Made by a program: the position numbers and the translations under genes | Shown here: positions 29,169 through 40,642 of the stretch, piece by piece | Position numbering within the stretch: the first letter of the stretch is position 1 | How the letters are laid out: every line of letters begins with the position of its first letter | Assembly (NCBI GenBank): GCA_963813715.1 | Contig: CAWFAK010000009.1 | Span: forward strand, 384,001-448,000 | Source of the DNA: an uncultured Planctomycetaceae bacterium | Lineage (GTDB): Bacteria > Planctomycetota > Planctomycetia > Planctomycetales > Planctomycetaceae | Direction: 5' to 3' | DNA length: 64,000 nt | Notes under the pieces: model-generated | Told to the model about the DNA's origin: nothing | The model's input: only the letters and a program-made list of their open reading frames with translations | The model's database searches: none

Positions 29169-32100
29169 ATGTCGCAATCGCGAACCAGTCCGACCGGCAG
29201 TCTGCGAAGAGACGGCTTGGCGGTTGCGCTGTTTGCCGGTTCGCCCTTCGAGCGGACAATGCTGACTCTCGGAGCCGGGCTGATTCTGTTCTTGATGTTC
29301 GTCGTTTATCGCGGGGCGATGCGCGGCCTGTGTCCCGATCGGCCGGTCAGCAGCGGCCACATCGCGCGTCAGGCGGCGGGCACGGAAGCCGAACTCTACC
29401 TGGCGAGCGCGGATCAGAAGACGCGGCAGGCCCTCAAGTACTTGCCCAACACCTGGGTGCCGACGGCCGCCCATTCCATGGCAACGGTCGACGATCGCAC
29501 CTACTGTTACTTCCAGGAATGGGTGAAAGAATCGCCGCACGTGGTCAAGTTCACTCCCTTCGCGATGATCTCGACCCGCAAAGGAGACAAGCCCGGAGAT
29601 CCCCCGTACACGGTGCTGAGCGACAAGGCCTACGTCACCTTCAAAGACGAATTCGGGCCGCTCGGCAAGAATCCGGGCCCCGTCGTGAGGGCCGGCTTGG
29701 AGGGGAACGTGGTCATCACAGGACCGAACAACCTGGTGGTTCATGGCCGCAATTTCTTCTTCCAGCGCGAAGAGATGCGGATCTACTCGGACAACCCCGT
29801 CGATATCAAAGCTGACAAGCACCATGCGACCGCCAAGGGCATTCAGATCGAGCTCATCGCGGAGCACCAAGGGCGCAGTGACGAGGCGCTGTCCATCTCG
29901 GGCGTCAGTAGCGTCAAGTTGCTGCAAAACGTCGACATGACCCTGGTCTCCACCGGCGACTCGCAGGCCGGTCCCATGCCGGCCATGGCAAAATCGAACG
30001 ACAAAAGTCCGAAAATCGTCCGCACACACTGCGACGGCAGTTTTGTGTTCTACGTCGAATCGCGGATCGGCAACTTCGAGCGCAACGTCCGTATCCGCCG
30101 CGAGTCGCTTCCCGGCAAATTCGACGCCCTATTTGCCGACGAAAGCGTCGAGATCACCTTCGAGCCCAAGAAACCGGACCCCAAGACAACCGCCGACGCC
30201 AAGGGCGCAGTTGCCAAAGCGGACGCCGCCAAGAAGTCCGGCGAAGACAAGGCGGGCGGCAACAACGTCGTCGTCGCCGAAAAAGACACGGCGGCCAAAG
30301 ACAAGAAAGACGGAGCGGTCGACGGCAAAAACACACCGCGCGGGTCGGGCGGTCTCGAGCCGAATCTCAGTTTCAAGAGCATCCATGCACAAGGCAAGGT
30401 CGTCGAGCTAACGTCCGACGTTAACGGCATGCGATCGCAAATGCGCGACTTCACCTACGACCAGACGGCCCGCGAGGCGAAGCTCGTCTGGATCCCCCGC
30501 GAGGGCGACAATACCGAGCGCACGGTCCGCGACAAGAAGGGGCAAGTGCGGAAGATCCCGGCCGCCTCCAACTGCGTCTGGGTCACGCAGCGAGGCAATG
30601 TGCTGACCTCGCAGAAGATTCAGCTCAATCACGATCCGCAGGGTGAAGTCACGCATGTGATGTGCCTGGGCGAAGGCGAAATGCAGCACGTCGAAGACAA
30701 GAACGGGCCGAGTCGACCTGGCCGCCTATTGGCACAAGGAAATGCGAAAGTATCCCGATCCGAAATCGCACGACTTCGATCGCATCGACCTGGAGGATGC
30801 GCTGATCGAACAGCCCAAACAAGACGCCGGCATCTCAGCGAACTTCATTCGTTTGTGGCTCACCAGGCAGAATCGCGGCGCGCAAACGGTCCAAGCCAAC
30901 CACCCGCACGCTGCGCGGCAACAGCCCCAGCCAGAGGGCCCGCACCTCGACCACATGCTGGCCTGGCAGAAGGTGGCGATGGTCAGCCCACAGATGGAAT
31001 GCGAGACTGACCACCTCGAAGTCTGGTTCGAAGACGCCCCCGCGCGGCCGCGGTACCGGCCGGCCACTCCGCCTCGCAAACGCAGCGATCTGGAACCGAC
31101 GTCGGACTACGTCGCCCGCGGCACTCCCCCCGTGCAGAGCTACGGCCCGGCGGCGATCCGCTTCAGCGACAACTCATCGAACGGCTTCGCACTGGCCGGC
31201 AACGCAGCCAGCGTCTCCTCGGTCGTCCCCACTTCGGTCAACGGGGCGACGTCGATCAACGCCGCGCCTTCAAACGGGGCCCTGACCACCAAGGACAGTC
31301 CCAACAATCTCTTTCCGGGAGCCGGGAACGGCGGCGACCCGTACAACCTGACCGCCGGCCGCGTGCGCGTGCATGTGCTCCAGTTTCCCGACGGTCAGCA
31401 GCCCCAGGTCGCCGACATGCTGGCCTGGGACAACGTGCAGCTGACGCAGGCCCACGGCGACGCGGCCGACCCGCTCGTCGTCAACGGCAACGTGCTCGAG
31501 GCGCACAACCAGAGCGAGCTTGACCAGGAGATGATCGTGCTGGGGCAACCGGCCCACGTCCGGGACCGCGGCGCGCACATCGAGGGTGGCCGCATCCGCT
31601 TTAATCGCGCCCGCAACACGGCCGACGTCGACGGTCCGGGACGCCTGCAATTGCCGGTTCAGAATGACCCCGAAATCGGCGAAGCCGCGCGACCCAAAAA
31701 CGGCGAGCCCGCGCAGCCGCTCGACGTCGTCTGGCATCAAAAGATGCACTTCGACGGCAAGACGGCCCACTTCTACGTCAACGTGCATACCTCGATGACC
31801 GACGCGACGTCGCAGAGCGAGATCCGCTGCCTGAACATGGACGTCACGCTCACCAAGCCTTTTTCGTTCACGCAGCAGCAGGGCCAGCAGCGTCCGCAGA
31901 ACGAGGCTGACCGCCCGGCCGTCGATACCATTTTCTGCCAGGGAGACGTCGAGTTTGAGAGCGAGGCGAAGCAGGAGGGTCATCTCGCGGAGAAACGCCG
32001 CGGCCAGTTCATGGATCTCGTCTTCCACAAGCTGACCGGCAAATGCCACGCCAGCGGCCCCGGCCAGCTCCGTGTCTGGCGGCACAACGAGCACGGGCAG

Positions 32101-32727
32101 TCGGGCATTGCCTCGGTGATGAATGTGCAATCAAACGCCCCTCCCAAGGCGCACAAGTCGAGCGCTTGGGAATTCAACCAGGTCAATTTCCAGGGCACGA
32201 TGGATGGGGACTTCAGCGACTTGATGGCCGGCCGTTCGCGGCCCAAGTCGACATCCGCGCCGAAGATTCAGCCGACTGCGGCCAGCAGCTCGATCCTGGC
32301 GACCAACGGCGCGTGGTCCACGAACTTCTATGTTCGCGTCGAAGTGATTTACGGGCCGGTCGACCTGCCAATGGAACTCGTCAGCCGCGACGACCTTTCG
32401 GAAGACTCGGGCTGCCTGCTCTGCGACTCGCTGCAGGTGACCCAGCATCCGCAAGCGGGAACGGTCCCTCAGCACATCGAAATGCTGGCGCGGGGCAATT
32501 CGCGGATCGAGGGCAAAACTTTCTGGGGCGAATCCGGCACCATCACCTACGACGGCTCGAAATCGCAGTACGTGCTGATCGGCAACAGCGCGGGATTGGC
32601 GCGGCTGTGGCGGCAGCTCAAAATCGGCGCGACCCCCAACACCAACGCGGCGTACAAGATCTATTTCAATCCGATCACGCACACGGTGAAGGAAGACGCC
32701 GCTCAGATCTTCGATATCGCGCAGTAG
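29169..32727 (+). CDS. Very large single-TM periplasmic protein, probable LptC/LptA/OstA-like beta-jellyroll repeats; indel near 30710
   Basis: ORFs 29169.. and 30742..32727 join to about 1190 aa. One N-terminal TM; repeated beta-rich motifs (LEGNVVITG, AQGKVVELTS, AWDNVQL, CQGDVEF, ARGNSRIEG); directly downstream of kdsD. Confidence 0.6.
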
Positions 32728-32763
32728 TCCCGCTCACAATCCCGAGACATTTGGCGGCGCCGG

Positions 32764-33762
32764 TTACTGCTCGTCGAGGCTCACCTGCTGCCCGTCCGAG
32801 CGCCCGCCCAAGGCCCGCCAGGTCGACAGGTCGATCGAGTTGCCGATCGTGTGGCCCGATCCGTCCATGAACAGCACGTTGACGCTCATCGGGTGATAAC
32901 TTCGCGACGTTGACGCGTACCGCACCGGTCCCGTGCAGTTGGCCGCTTCGTCCTCGCGGCACGAGCAATAGTCTCCGTCCGGAGCCGACAGCGGAGCATC
33001 CCCCGTTGCGCCGGCAATCGGCGTCACCGAGTTCGGCGTGAACGTGGTCGTGAATCCGCTCTGATACAGCAGGCCGTCCATCCACTCGGTGTGATCGAAC
33101 AGGTTCCTGAACTGACCCGCGCTGTACGCGGTGAGCGACGTTGGCGGAGCGGTCGGCGAATCGTTGCCGTTGCGCACGAGCGGCATGAAGGCTTTGACCT
33201 CGGCAAAGGCCAGCGTTTGGCTCAAGCCGTCGGTAAACCAGCTCGGCGAGGCCTTCGAGTTCGGATAGAAGGCGCCGTCGCCCCCCGTTTTCGTCGCCGG
33301 GTCGTAATACTGCCACGTGCCGCCGTTGTAACCGTAATTGGTCGGCCAGGTCGTGCCGTGCGGCTTGGCGTTGATCTCATCCGGGCAAATGTAGAGGGTC
33401 ATCTTGTCGGGCAATACGGGATTGCCGGTGAGGTAATTGTTGTTGTGTGTGTTGGCGGCCGTAAAGGCGGCGTTCTGCTCGACGTAAGGAAGCAGCCGCA
33501 CCAGGATGCCCCACAGTCCACCCGACGTCGTAGTCACGCTATTGATGCACATACTGGGCGGAAAGACACGGCACGCCTCTTGATAGTTGTGCAGCGCCAG
33601 CCCGATCTGCTTGAGATTGTTGCGACACGTCGTGCGTCGAGCGGCTTCACGCGCCCCCTGCACGGCGGGCAACAGCAGCGAGATCAACATCGAAATGATG
33701 GCGATGACGACCAGCAGTTCGATCAATGTGAAGCCGCGACGCGGTTGCGAAATCGGGAACAT
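32764..33762 (-). CDS. DUF1559-family protein with prepilin-type N-terminal cleavage motif
   Basis: [44 protein letters not shown]-terminal H-X9-DG ([12 protein letters not shown]). Confidence 0.93.
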   Translation of the reverse strand: MFPISQPRRGFTLIELLVVIAIISMLISLLLPAVQGAREAARRTTCRNNLKQIGLALHNYQEACRVFPPSMCINSVTTTSGGLWGILVRLLPYVEQNAAFTAANTHNNNYLTGNPVLPDKMTLYICPDEINAKPHGTTWPTNYGYNGGTWQYYDPATKTGGDGAFYPNSKASPSWFTDGLSQTLAFAEVKAFMPLVRNGNDSPTAPPTSLTAYSAGQFRNLFDHTEWMDGLLYQSGFTTTFTPNSVTPIAGATGDAPLSAPDGDYCSCREDEAANCTGPVRYASTSRSYHPMSVNVLFMDGSGHTIGNSIDLSTWRALGGRSDGQQVSLDEQ

Positions 33763-33891
33763 GGTCAGCCTCCTCAGGTGGGAATCGACAACTGGAAAAC
33801 GGAGGAAGGCGGACGACCGCTTCCTTCCGAGCTCCCGAGGCAGGCTGGCAGAGGCTGGCTGGCCGGAGCGTGATTACTCAGCCCAATTAAT

Positions 33892-33906
33892 TGAGATTGA
33901 GTCTCA
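33892..33906. promoter_or_regulatory. Fur-family-like 7-1-7 palindrome
   Basis: TGAGATT-G-AGTCTCA (6/7 symmetric) in an AT-rich patch 130 nt upstream of the DUF1559 start. Confidence 0.5.
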
Positions 33907-34097
33907 CTTGCAACAAGTTAGCTCCGCCTACTCCCATTTGCAAGCGTTCGGCTGAAAGAAACGATCCGGATTCTGCGAAAACTGATCTTGGACGGATCAC
34001 GGTTTTGTGGCTGAATGGAGAGAGCGGATTCGGCGCGAGCGGCTTTGTGCGCATGGATGGCGCCCCGCGGCGAGACGAAAAAGCATCCCCGCGTGCC

Positions 34098-34602
34098 GGG
34101 ACCAAGTTGTCCCGCCGGGTCCGCCAGAAGTGGTCCCGCCGGGACGGGTCCCTCACAATTGATATAAGGGGGGTGGACCCACCGCTGGGAGTCCCACCGG
34201 TCAGCGGCTATCCGGCCCGGACAAGTTGTACTAAGGAGCCGCGCACGCCAGTAAGCGGTGCCTTTGCCCGGGCCGGGACACGTTCGGTTCGAGTCCAAGG
34301 TCCAAGGTCGAAAATCATCGGCTCGCAATCCTGACTTTGGACTGCGGGACTTTGGACCAACCTCGGGACGGGACACGTTGTTTCATCGAGCATACCCCCG
34401 CGAATTTCGTTCTCTCCCACACGACCGAGCTGGCTGACGTTCATCCGGCAAAGCGGGGTGGCGAGGGCGAAGAGTGGGACGGGACTCGAACGACACACCG
34501 GGCGGACAAGCGAAACGGGAGGGTGGAAAGAGATTGGCCGGTGGGTCGGGACTTCTTGATTCACTCGGTAGTTGACCCACGCCCTCTCGACCGGGACGGG
34601 AC
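34098..34602. repeat. Cluster of GGGAC/GTCCC pentamers in an intergenic region
   Basis: By eye, 11 GGGAC and 4 GTCCC in ~500 nt, including GGGACGGGAC at 34365, 34476 and 34593. Confidence 0.7.
34293..34357. repeat. Inverted heptamer tandem repeat (GTCCAAG)n ... (TTTGGAC)n, copy 1
   Basis: GTCCAAG GTCCAAG GTCGAAA ... TTTGGAC .. TTTGGAC. Confidence 0.7.
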
Positions 34603-34702
34603 ACGCGCGCGATCGGAGAACTGCGAAACCCGCCGGCGCCGCCTGGAACGTCATTCAGCCTGAGCGGCGACAGAGAGGAAGAAAACCGCCGCGCGGCGCG
34701 AT

Positions 34703-35552
34703 TCAGTTCGTCACCAACTCGCTCTTGGCCCCGGTGCCCCATTCGTGGGCCGTCATCTCGACGTTGGTCTGCGTCAGCGCTTTGTAGCTCTGCCGGGGCT
34801 GCGTGCTGTCTTTGCGTTCGAGCAGCGTCTTGACGGTCCATTTCACCAGGCCGAACGGAATCGTGGTGCCGTCACTGCGCCAGACCTCGGCTTCGTTCGT
34901 GCTCCGTTCGATGTCGCTTTCGATCGAACGTTTGGCCTTGAACTTCTGCGTTTTGATCGGGGCCGCGCATCCCGGCAGCGAGATATCCTCGCTGTCGTTG
35001 CCATTCACTTCGACGGCCTCGTAATGCATCACCGGGGCGACCAGCGGAAATACCTGCAAGGCTGCCGGCCGGCAGCGGGCTCACCTGGCCGCCGGTTTTG
35101 CGGAAACCCTTGATGACGTCGAGAAACGAGAAGGGAATCTTGCCCCCGTCGGCCAGCTGACCGACCACGCGTTCCTCCGGCACCAGCACTTTATAGATCC
35201 GCTCGCCGACAGGACCGGCCTCGATCCCCGACTCGCTCGGCTTGCCAGTGACGACCTTGATTTCGATCCACCGGCAGGGGACCTGCTTGCCACGAAAGGC
35301 GGCCGTCTCGGTGCCGACCGATTTCACTGTCAGCTGCTGAATCCATTCCATGGTGATGTCGCCTTCCGCCGCGTCGGGCCGGAACTCGACCTGCTTGACC
35401 GTCCCTTCAAAGCGCACCCAGGCGCCGTCTTGCTTGGGCAGGGTCAGGATCACACCCTGGGCGGTCGCCGATCGCAGCGAACCCAGGATCACCAACCCGG
35501 CCAGCGACAGCATCCAAACACGATTGCGACCCATGGGCTGACTCCGAGGCAT
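34703..35552 (-). CDS. Secreted hypothetical protein; frameshift near 35060
   Basis: Signal peptide (..SLRSATA-QG) in ORF 34872..35630; continues in ORF 34703..35059 (WRSDGTTIPFGLVKW..WGTGAKSEL). Confidence 0.7.
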
Positions 35553-35560
35553 TTTTTTTG

Positions 35561-35656
35561 GTCCAAAGTCCAAGGTCCAAAGTCCAGGGTCGGAAGGCGA
35601 TCCAAGTCGGCGGGACCTGAATTTCGACATTGGACCTTGGACTTTGGACCTTCAAC
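35561..35656. repeat. Inverted heptamer tandem repeat, copy 2
   Basis: GTCCAAA GTCCAAG GTCCAAA GTCCAGG GTCGGAA ... TTTCGAC ATTGGAC CTTGGAC TTTGGAC CTTCAAC. Confidence 0.8.
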
Positions 35657-35863
35657 TTTCGAGCTACTTAGAGTCTGTCACAGCGCGGGGGTCCAGGCAA
35701 GCGGCGATAGTCAGGATACCGCTTCTTGACCCGGGTAATCGGGGGACCTATTCTGAACCTCGGATGCGCCGGGGGCTGCAAATTAGCGATTGTGCCGTTT
35801 TCCCCGCGCTGTCCTTCATGGAATGAACGTCCGAACCGCGAGCTGCCGGGGAGATTTGAAACG

Positions 35864-37681
35864 ATGCGAGAATGCCGGTCCTTGGTTGTAGCGTGCTTTG
35901 CCTCCCTGTTGCTCGCTGGCACCGCGTGCCAGGCCGCGAAGGCCGACAAGGATGCCAAGAAAGAAGTCAAACCCCTCCGCTTCGGCGAGATCGAGCTGAA
36001 GGGGGCCTATCCGGAAGGGGCCGCCGCGTCGGGCCTGTTCAGCGCGAACGTCGAAACCTTGGCCGAACTGATCACCCGCATCGACAAGGCCACCGCGGAC
36101 GAGAAGATCGACGGCGTCGTGCTGAAGATCAACGGCGCGACGCTCGGCTGGGCCAAAGTCAACGAGTTGCGGCAGGCCATCGCCCATCTGCGGGCCAAAG
36201 GGAAGACGGCAATTGCCTACTTCGACTCGGCCGAGACGCACGACTATCTCTTGGCGTGCGCTTGCAACCAGATCGTGATGCCCGAATCGGGCGAATTGGC
36301 CATGCTGGGCCTCCGCGCCGAAGTCATGTTCTACAAGAACCTGCTCGACTGGCTGCACGTGAAGGCCGAGATGCTCCGCGTCGGCGAGTTCAAGTCGGCC
36401 GCCGAGCCTTTCGACCGCACCGAAATGAGCAAAGAGTTCCGGCTGGAGATGGAAGCCATCCTGGACGACTACGTGCGGCAGATCGTCGACGGCGTGGGCG
36501 AATCGCGGAAGATGCCCGGCAAGCAGGTAATGGAGATCATCGACAACGGCCCTTACTCGGCCAAGCAGGCCTATGCCCACGGTCTGATCGACCACGTCGG
36601 ATACGAGGACCAGGTCGAAGGCTTCATCAAGGCGGCCGCCCAGGACGAAAAACGTCCCGTCGAGATCACCAAGAACTACGGCAAGAAGAAGTCGGACAAC
36701 GATTTCAGCGGCTTCGCCGGCATGATGAAGATGATGAATCTGCTGATGGGAGGCGAATCGCAAAAGCGAATCGGCTCCAAGCCCAAGGTGGCGGTCGTGC
36801 ACGCGGTGGGCACCATCGTCAGCGGCAAGAGCACGGCCAGCTTCTTCGGCGGCGAGTCGCTCGGATCAGAAACGTTCATCAAAGCGATCAAGCAGGCCGC
36901 CGAGGAAAAGAGCGTCAAGGCGATCGTGCTGCGCGTCGATAGCCCCGGCGGCAGCGCACTGGCCAGCGACCTGATGTGGCGTGCTCTGCAGAAGGCGGGC
37001 AAGCCAATCGTCGTCAGCATGGGCGACGTGGCGGCCAGCGGCGGCTACTACATCTCGATGGGCGCCAATCACATCTTCGCCGAGCCAGGCACGCTCACCG
37101 GATCGATCGGCGTCGTCGGCGGCAAAGTGGCGATCGGCGGACTGTTGGACAAGGTCGGCATTACCACCAGCGTGATCAGCCGCGGCAAGAACAGCGGCAT
37201 CATGAGCATGGTCTCCGGCTTCACGCCGACCGAGCGGCTGTCGATGCAGCACATGCTCGACGAAATCTACGGCCAGTTCACCCGCAAGGCGGCCGAGGGT
37301 CGCAAGATGGAATACAGCCAGCTGGAAAAACTGGCCCGCGGCCGCGTCTACACCGGTGCGATGGCGCTCAAGCTGAACCTGGTTGACGAACTGGGCACGC
37401 TCGACGACGCCGTGCGTTATGCGGCGAAGCTCGGCGGACTGCCGGCAGGCGAAAAGATCGATCGCTGGCTGCTGCCGCCGCCGGTGAGCCCGCTCGAGGC
37501 CATTTTCGGCTCGATGGACAGCGACGCCGAGTCGTCGGTGGCACTCAATCGCGGCGTCGCGCAGGCGCTGCGTCAGTTCTCCCCCGAGCTGGCTGAGTCG
37601 CTACAGGGGGCCTGGCTCATCAATTTGCTGGCTCGTGAGCCCCGGCTGACATTGATGCCCTTCCGGATTCGCGTACACTAG
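35864..37681 (+). CDS. sppA: Signal peptide peptidase SppA (protease IV, 67K type)
   Basis: Two S49 domains: VGEFKSAAEPF, LRVDSPGGSALAS, SMGDVAASGGYY, TGSIGV, GRVYTG. Confidence 0.93.
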   Translation: MRECRSLVVACFASLLLAGTACQAAKADKDAKKEVKPLRFGEIELKGAYPEGAAASGLFSANVETLAELITRIDKATADEKIDGVVLKINGATLGWAKVNELRQAIAHLRAKGKTAIAYFDSAETHDYLLACACNQIVMPESGELAMLGLRAEVMFYKNLLDWLHVKAEMLRVGEFKSAAEPFDRTEMSKEFRLEMEAILDDYVRQIVDGVGESRKMPGKQVMEIIDNGPYSAKQAYAHGLIDHVGYEDQVEGFIKAAAQDEKRPVEITKNYGKKKSDNDFSGFAGMMKMMNLLMGGESQKRIGSKPKVAVVHAVGTIVSGKSTASFFGGESLGSETFIKAIKQAAEEKSVKAIVLRVDSPGGSALASDLMWRALQKAGKPIVVSMGDVAASGGYYISMGANHIFAEPGTLTGSIGVVGGKVAIGGLLDKVGITTSVISRGKNSGIMSMVSGFTPTERLSMQHMLDEIYGQFTRKAAEGRKMEYSQLEKLARGRVYTGAMALKLNLVDELGTLDDAVRYAAKLGGLPAGEKIDRWLLPPPVSPLEAIFGSMDSDAESSVALNRGVAQALRQFSPELAESLQGAWLINLLAREPRLTLMPFRIRVH

Positions 37682-37858
37682 ACGTCGTCGGACATCGAAT
37701 CTGCGTTTCGCGTGCACTGAGGCGAATGCGCTTTCTCGCCTCAGTGTTTCGCGAATCACGCAGGTGCCGAACACACACCGCCTCAGCGGAGCGCACCGGC
37801 TCCCCCCAGCCGGTCCCCGCGGACAACGTCCATCCCGCCTGACAGCCGAGGAGTCGGC

Positions 37859-40022
37859 ATGTTCTCGTTGCTCGGAGAGAGCGGCCGGCTGTGCGACGGC
37901 ATCAGCCGTCGCGAGCTGCTGCGAATCGGTGGGCTCAGCGCGCTGGGACTGTCGCTCCCCGACCTGCTGCGTGCGTCGCAGACCGCCGGGCCGCCCAAGG
38001 GCATCATCAACGATCCGACGTTCGGCCGCGCGAAAAACATTCTCTACATTTGGCTGCAAGGCGGCCCGCCGCAGCACGAAACCTTCGACCCTAAGCCCGA
38101 CGCGCCGATCGAAATCCGTGGCCCGTTCAAACCGATCCAGACAAATGTCCCCGGCATTCAGTTCAGCGAGCTGTTGCCGCGAATCTCCCGGATCGCCGAC
38201 AAGCTGGCCGTCGTCCGCTCGCTGCACACCGACAACGACCTGCACGATGCCAGCGGCTACGAGGTGCTCACCGGTTATCGGTACACGGGGACGAACTCAC
38301 GGCAAATCAGCCCCACCGATTGGCCCTACTTCGGCTCGGTGGTCAAGCTGCTCAAGCCGAGCCAGAAGCTACCGCCCCTGACGACGGTGTGGCTGCCCGA
38401 CATTATGCGGCTCAACGAAAACGTGACGCCCGCCGGCCAGACGGGTGGCATCTTGGGCCGGCAGTGGGATCCGGACCGATTCATCGGCGACCCCTCGCGA
38501 CCCGACTACAAGGTCGAGGGCCTCCGCGTGACGGACATCGCGCCCTTGCGACTCAACCAGCGGATCTCGCTGTTGGAACAAGTCGAGCGGCACTTCAAGT
38601 CCGAGGCGATCACTCGCAACGTCGGCCTGTACGACACGTTTCAGGGGCAGGCGTTTGACCTGCTGACATCGGGCCGCGTGCAGCGGGCCTTCAACGTGCA
38701 GGAAGAGTCGGCCAAAGTCCGCGACCGCTACACCCGCACGCAGTGGGGCCAGACGCTTCTCCTGGCCCGGCGGCTGATCGAGACGGGGGTGCGGCTCGTG
38801 CATGTCAACTGGTGCCGCGAGCCGGGCGACTCGGCCGTCGACAATCCGATGTGGGACACGCACGCACAAAATGCCGACCGCCTGGAAGACGTGCTCTGCC
38901 CACTCTTCGACACGGGCTTCACCGCCCTGATGGAAGACCTCGCGGTGCGCGGCCTGTTGCACGAAACGCTCGTCGTGGTCATCGGCGAGTTTGGTCGCAC
39001 GCCCAAGATCAACGGAGCGGGCGGGCGCGACCACTGGGGTCACGTCTTCAGTTTCGCACTGGCCGGGGCCGGGATCTGCACAGGCCAGGTTTATGGCTCG
39101 AGTGACCGCGACGGAGCATACCCCGCCCGCGACGCGGTGACTGCCGCCGACCTGACCGCCACGCTCTTTCATTCGTTGGGCATCGATCACGAATCGACGT
39201 TCCGCGACGCGGAGGGACGCGAACACCGGCTGACGCTCGGCTCGCCGATCCGCGCGCTGTTGGGTGGCGGAGTGGCAACGGCCGACCGCACCCTGCCCGA
39301 CGGCAGCGTGCTCGGCGCTTCCTTCGACACGAGTCTGTTGCTGAATCCCGACTTCGCCCAACCGACCGGTTTGTACCCGGTCGATCGCGGTTCCCGACCG
39401 AAGGGCTGGCGTGCCGCTCCGCTGCCGAGCGACGAGGATCATGGCTTCGGCGTGCGGCTGAGTCCTCGCTCCGACGCGCCGAACGCGGGCACGAAGTTCG
39501 GGGCCAAGCGCCACGCCCTGATCGGTGTCGGGACGAACGGCGGCGCCGCGACAGTCCGTGTCGCCAGGGGCGAACGGGCGATCCTCGCCCAGGAGATGCG
39601 GAACCCGCGAGCCGGCCGCTTCACTTTCACGGTTGAGGCCTGCATCGCCGGTCGGTCGCGGGCCGCCTGCGAGCTCTTTCAAAAGAACTTCGCCTGCCGG
39701 CTGGTGATCTATCGCTTCACGACACCCGACAAAAATCCGCTCCAGCGACAGGAGTTCGGCTCGCTCGCGATCGATCCGCCACTCGTCGTCGGGGACGCAC
39801 CGGCCTGCGCGACTTTCGAGTTCTCACGCGTGCTCGACGGGGCAGGTCCGGGGCAGAACTTCAGCATCGGCCTGGGCCTGGGCGTCTCGATCGAAGTCGA
39901 AAAGACGTCGGAGGGGACGTGGGAAGTCGGCGGCGCAGGCACCGGCGCCCGCCGCGCTCTACATCGCCGCCGCCCGTCTCACCTTCGCCAGCCGCACGAT
40001 CAACGACAAGGTCGTCGCCTGA
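37859..40022 (+). CDS. DUF1501-family protein with ~250-aa C-terminal extension; end probably frameshifted
   Basis: CDGISRRELL, WLQGGPPQHETFDPKP, LLARRLIETGVR, WDTH, GEFGRTPKIN..GRDHW. An alternative frame ends TINDKVVA* at 40022; the ORF track end is 40066. Confidence 0.85.
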
Positions 40023-40034
40023 TCCCGCTGTTCG

Positions 40035-40609
40035 CTCAGGGCCGTCAGGCTGCCGCCAGCGAGTGATTGCCTGCATGTCGAGCGCCGCATCGGCCGCCAT
40101 CTGCTCGCTGAGCGTGCGTTTCTGTTCCGGCGTGGCAAGCGAGAGCAGCTTCTGCAGCATGAGGGGCCGCGCGCTGCTCTTCGAATCTCCCTCGACGACT
40201 TCGCCGAGAAAGACCGTGCGATCACCAATGTCCATCCGAGTTTCGACCCGGCAGTCGAGCCAGGCCAACGCATCGCGAAGAATCGGGCTGCCGGTCGCGG
40301 CGTGTGCCGACGTCGAGACCGGCGAACTTATCGACGTCGCGGCTCGATTGCAGGCCGAACCGCCAAACCAAATCGGACTGCGATTCGTCGAGCAAGATGC
40401 ACCGCAAACGCGCCCGAGGCGTCGATCAACTTCCAGGTCGCGTGCGTCTTGGCAATGCCCGCGATCACGCGGGGCATCTCCGGGACGATGGACGCCGGCG
40501 CGACAAACGTCGCCACCAGGCCGGCCCGCTCGCCGTCGTGGGCGGCCGTCACGATCCAGACCTCGCGGTCGACCCGCTCGAACAGGCTGGCGACCTTTTT
40601 GAGGTCCAT
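40035..40609 (-). CDS. Flavin reductase (DIM6/NTAB) family; multiple indels, end approximate
   Basis: VWIVTAAHDGERAGLVAT / FGLQSSRDVDKF / GSPILRDALAWLDCRV..GDRTVFLGEV, spread over three frames. Confidence 0.8.
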
Positions 40610-40642
40610 GAAAATGGTCGCAGTGCGGCGGAGCGGTGCCGC

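Noticed and set aside
27947..29815. 622-aa extended KdsD fusion
   Set aside because: The extension is Arg-rich off-frame text overlapping a better ORF at 29169, and the TTG start lies inside a predicted -35 box.
34270..34300. tRNA/tmRNA 3' end or attachment site (GGTTCGAGTCC)
   Set aside because: There is no acceptor stem or cloverleaf; the match runs into the heptamer repeat.
34098..34602. CRISPR array
   Set aside because: The repeats are only 5-12 nt with irregular spacing, and there are no cas genes.
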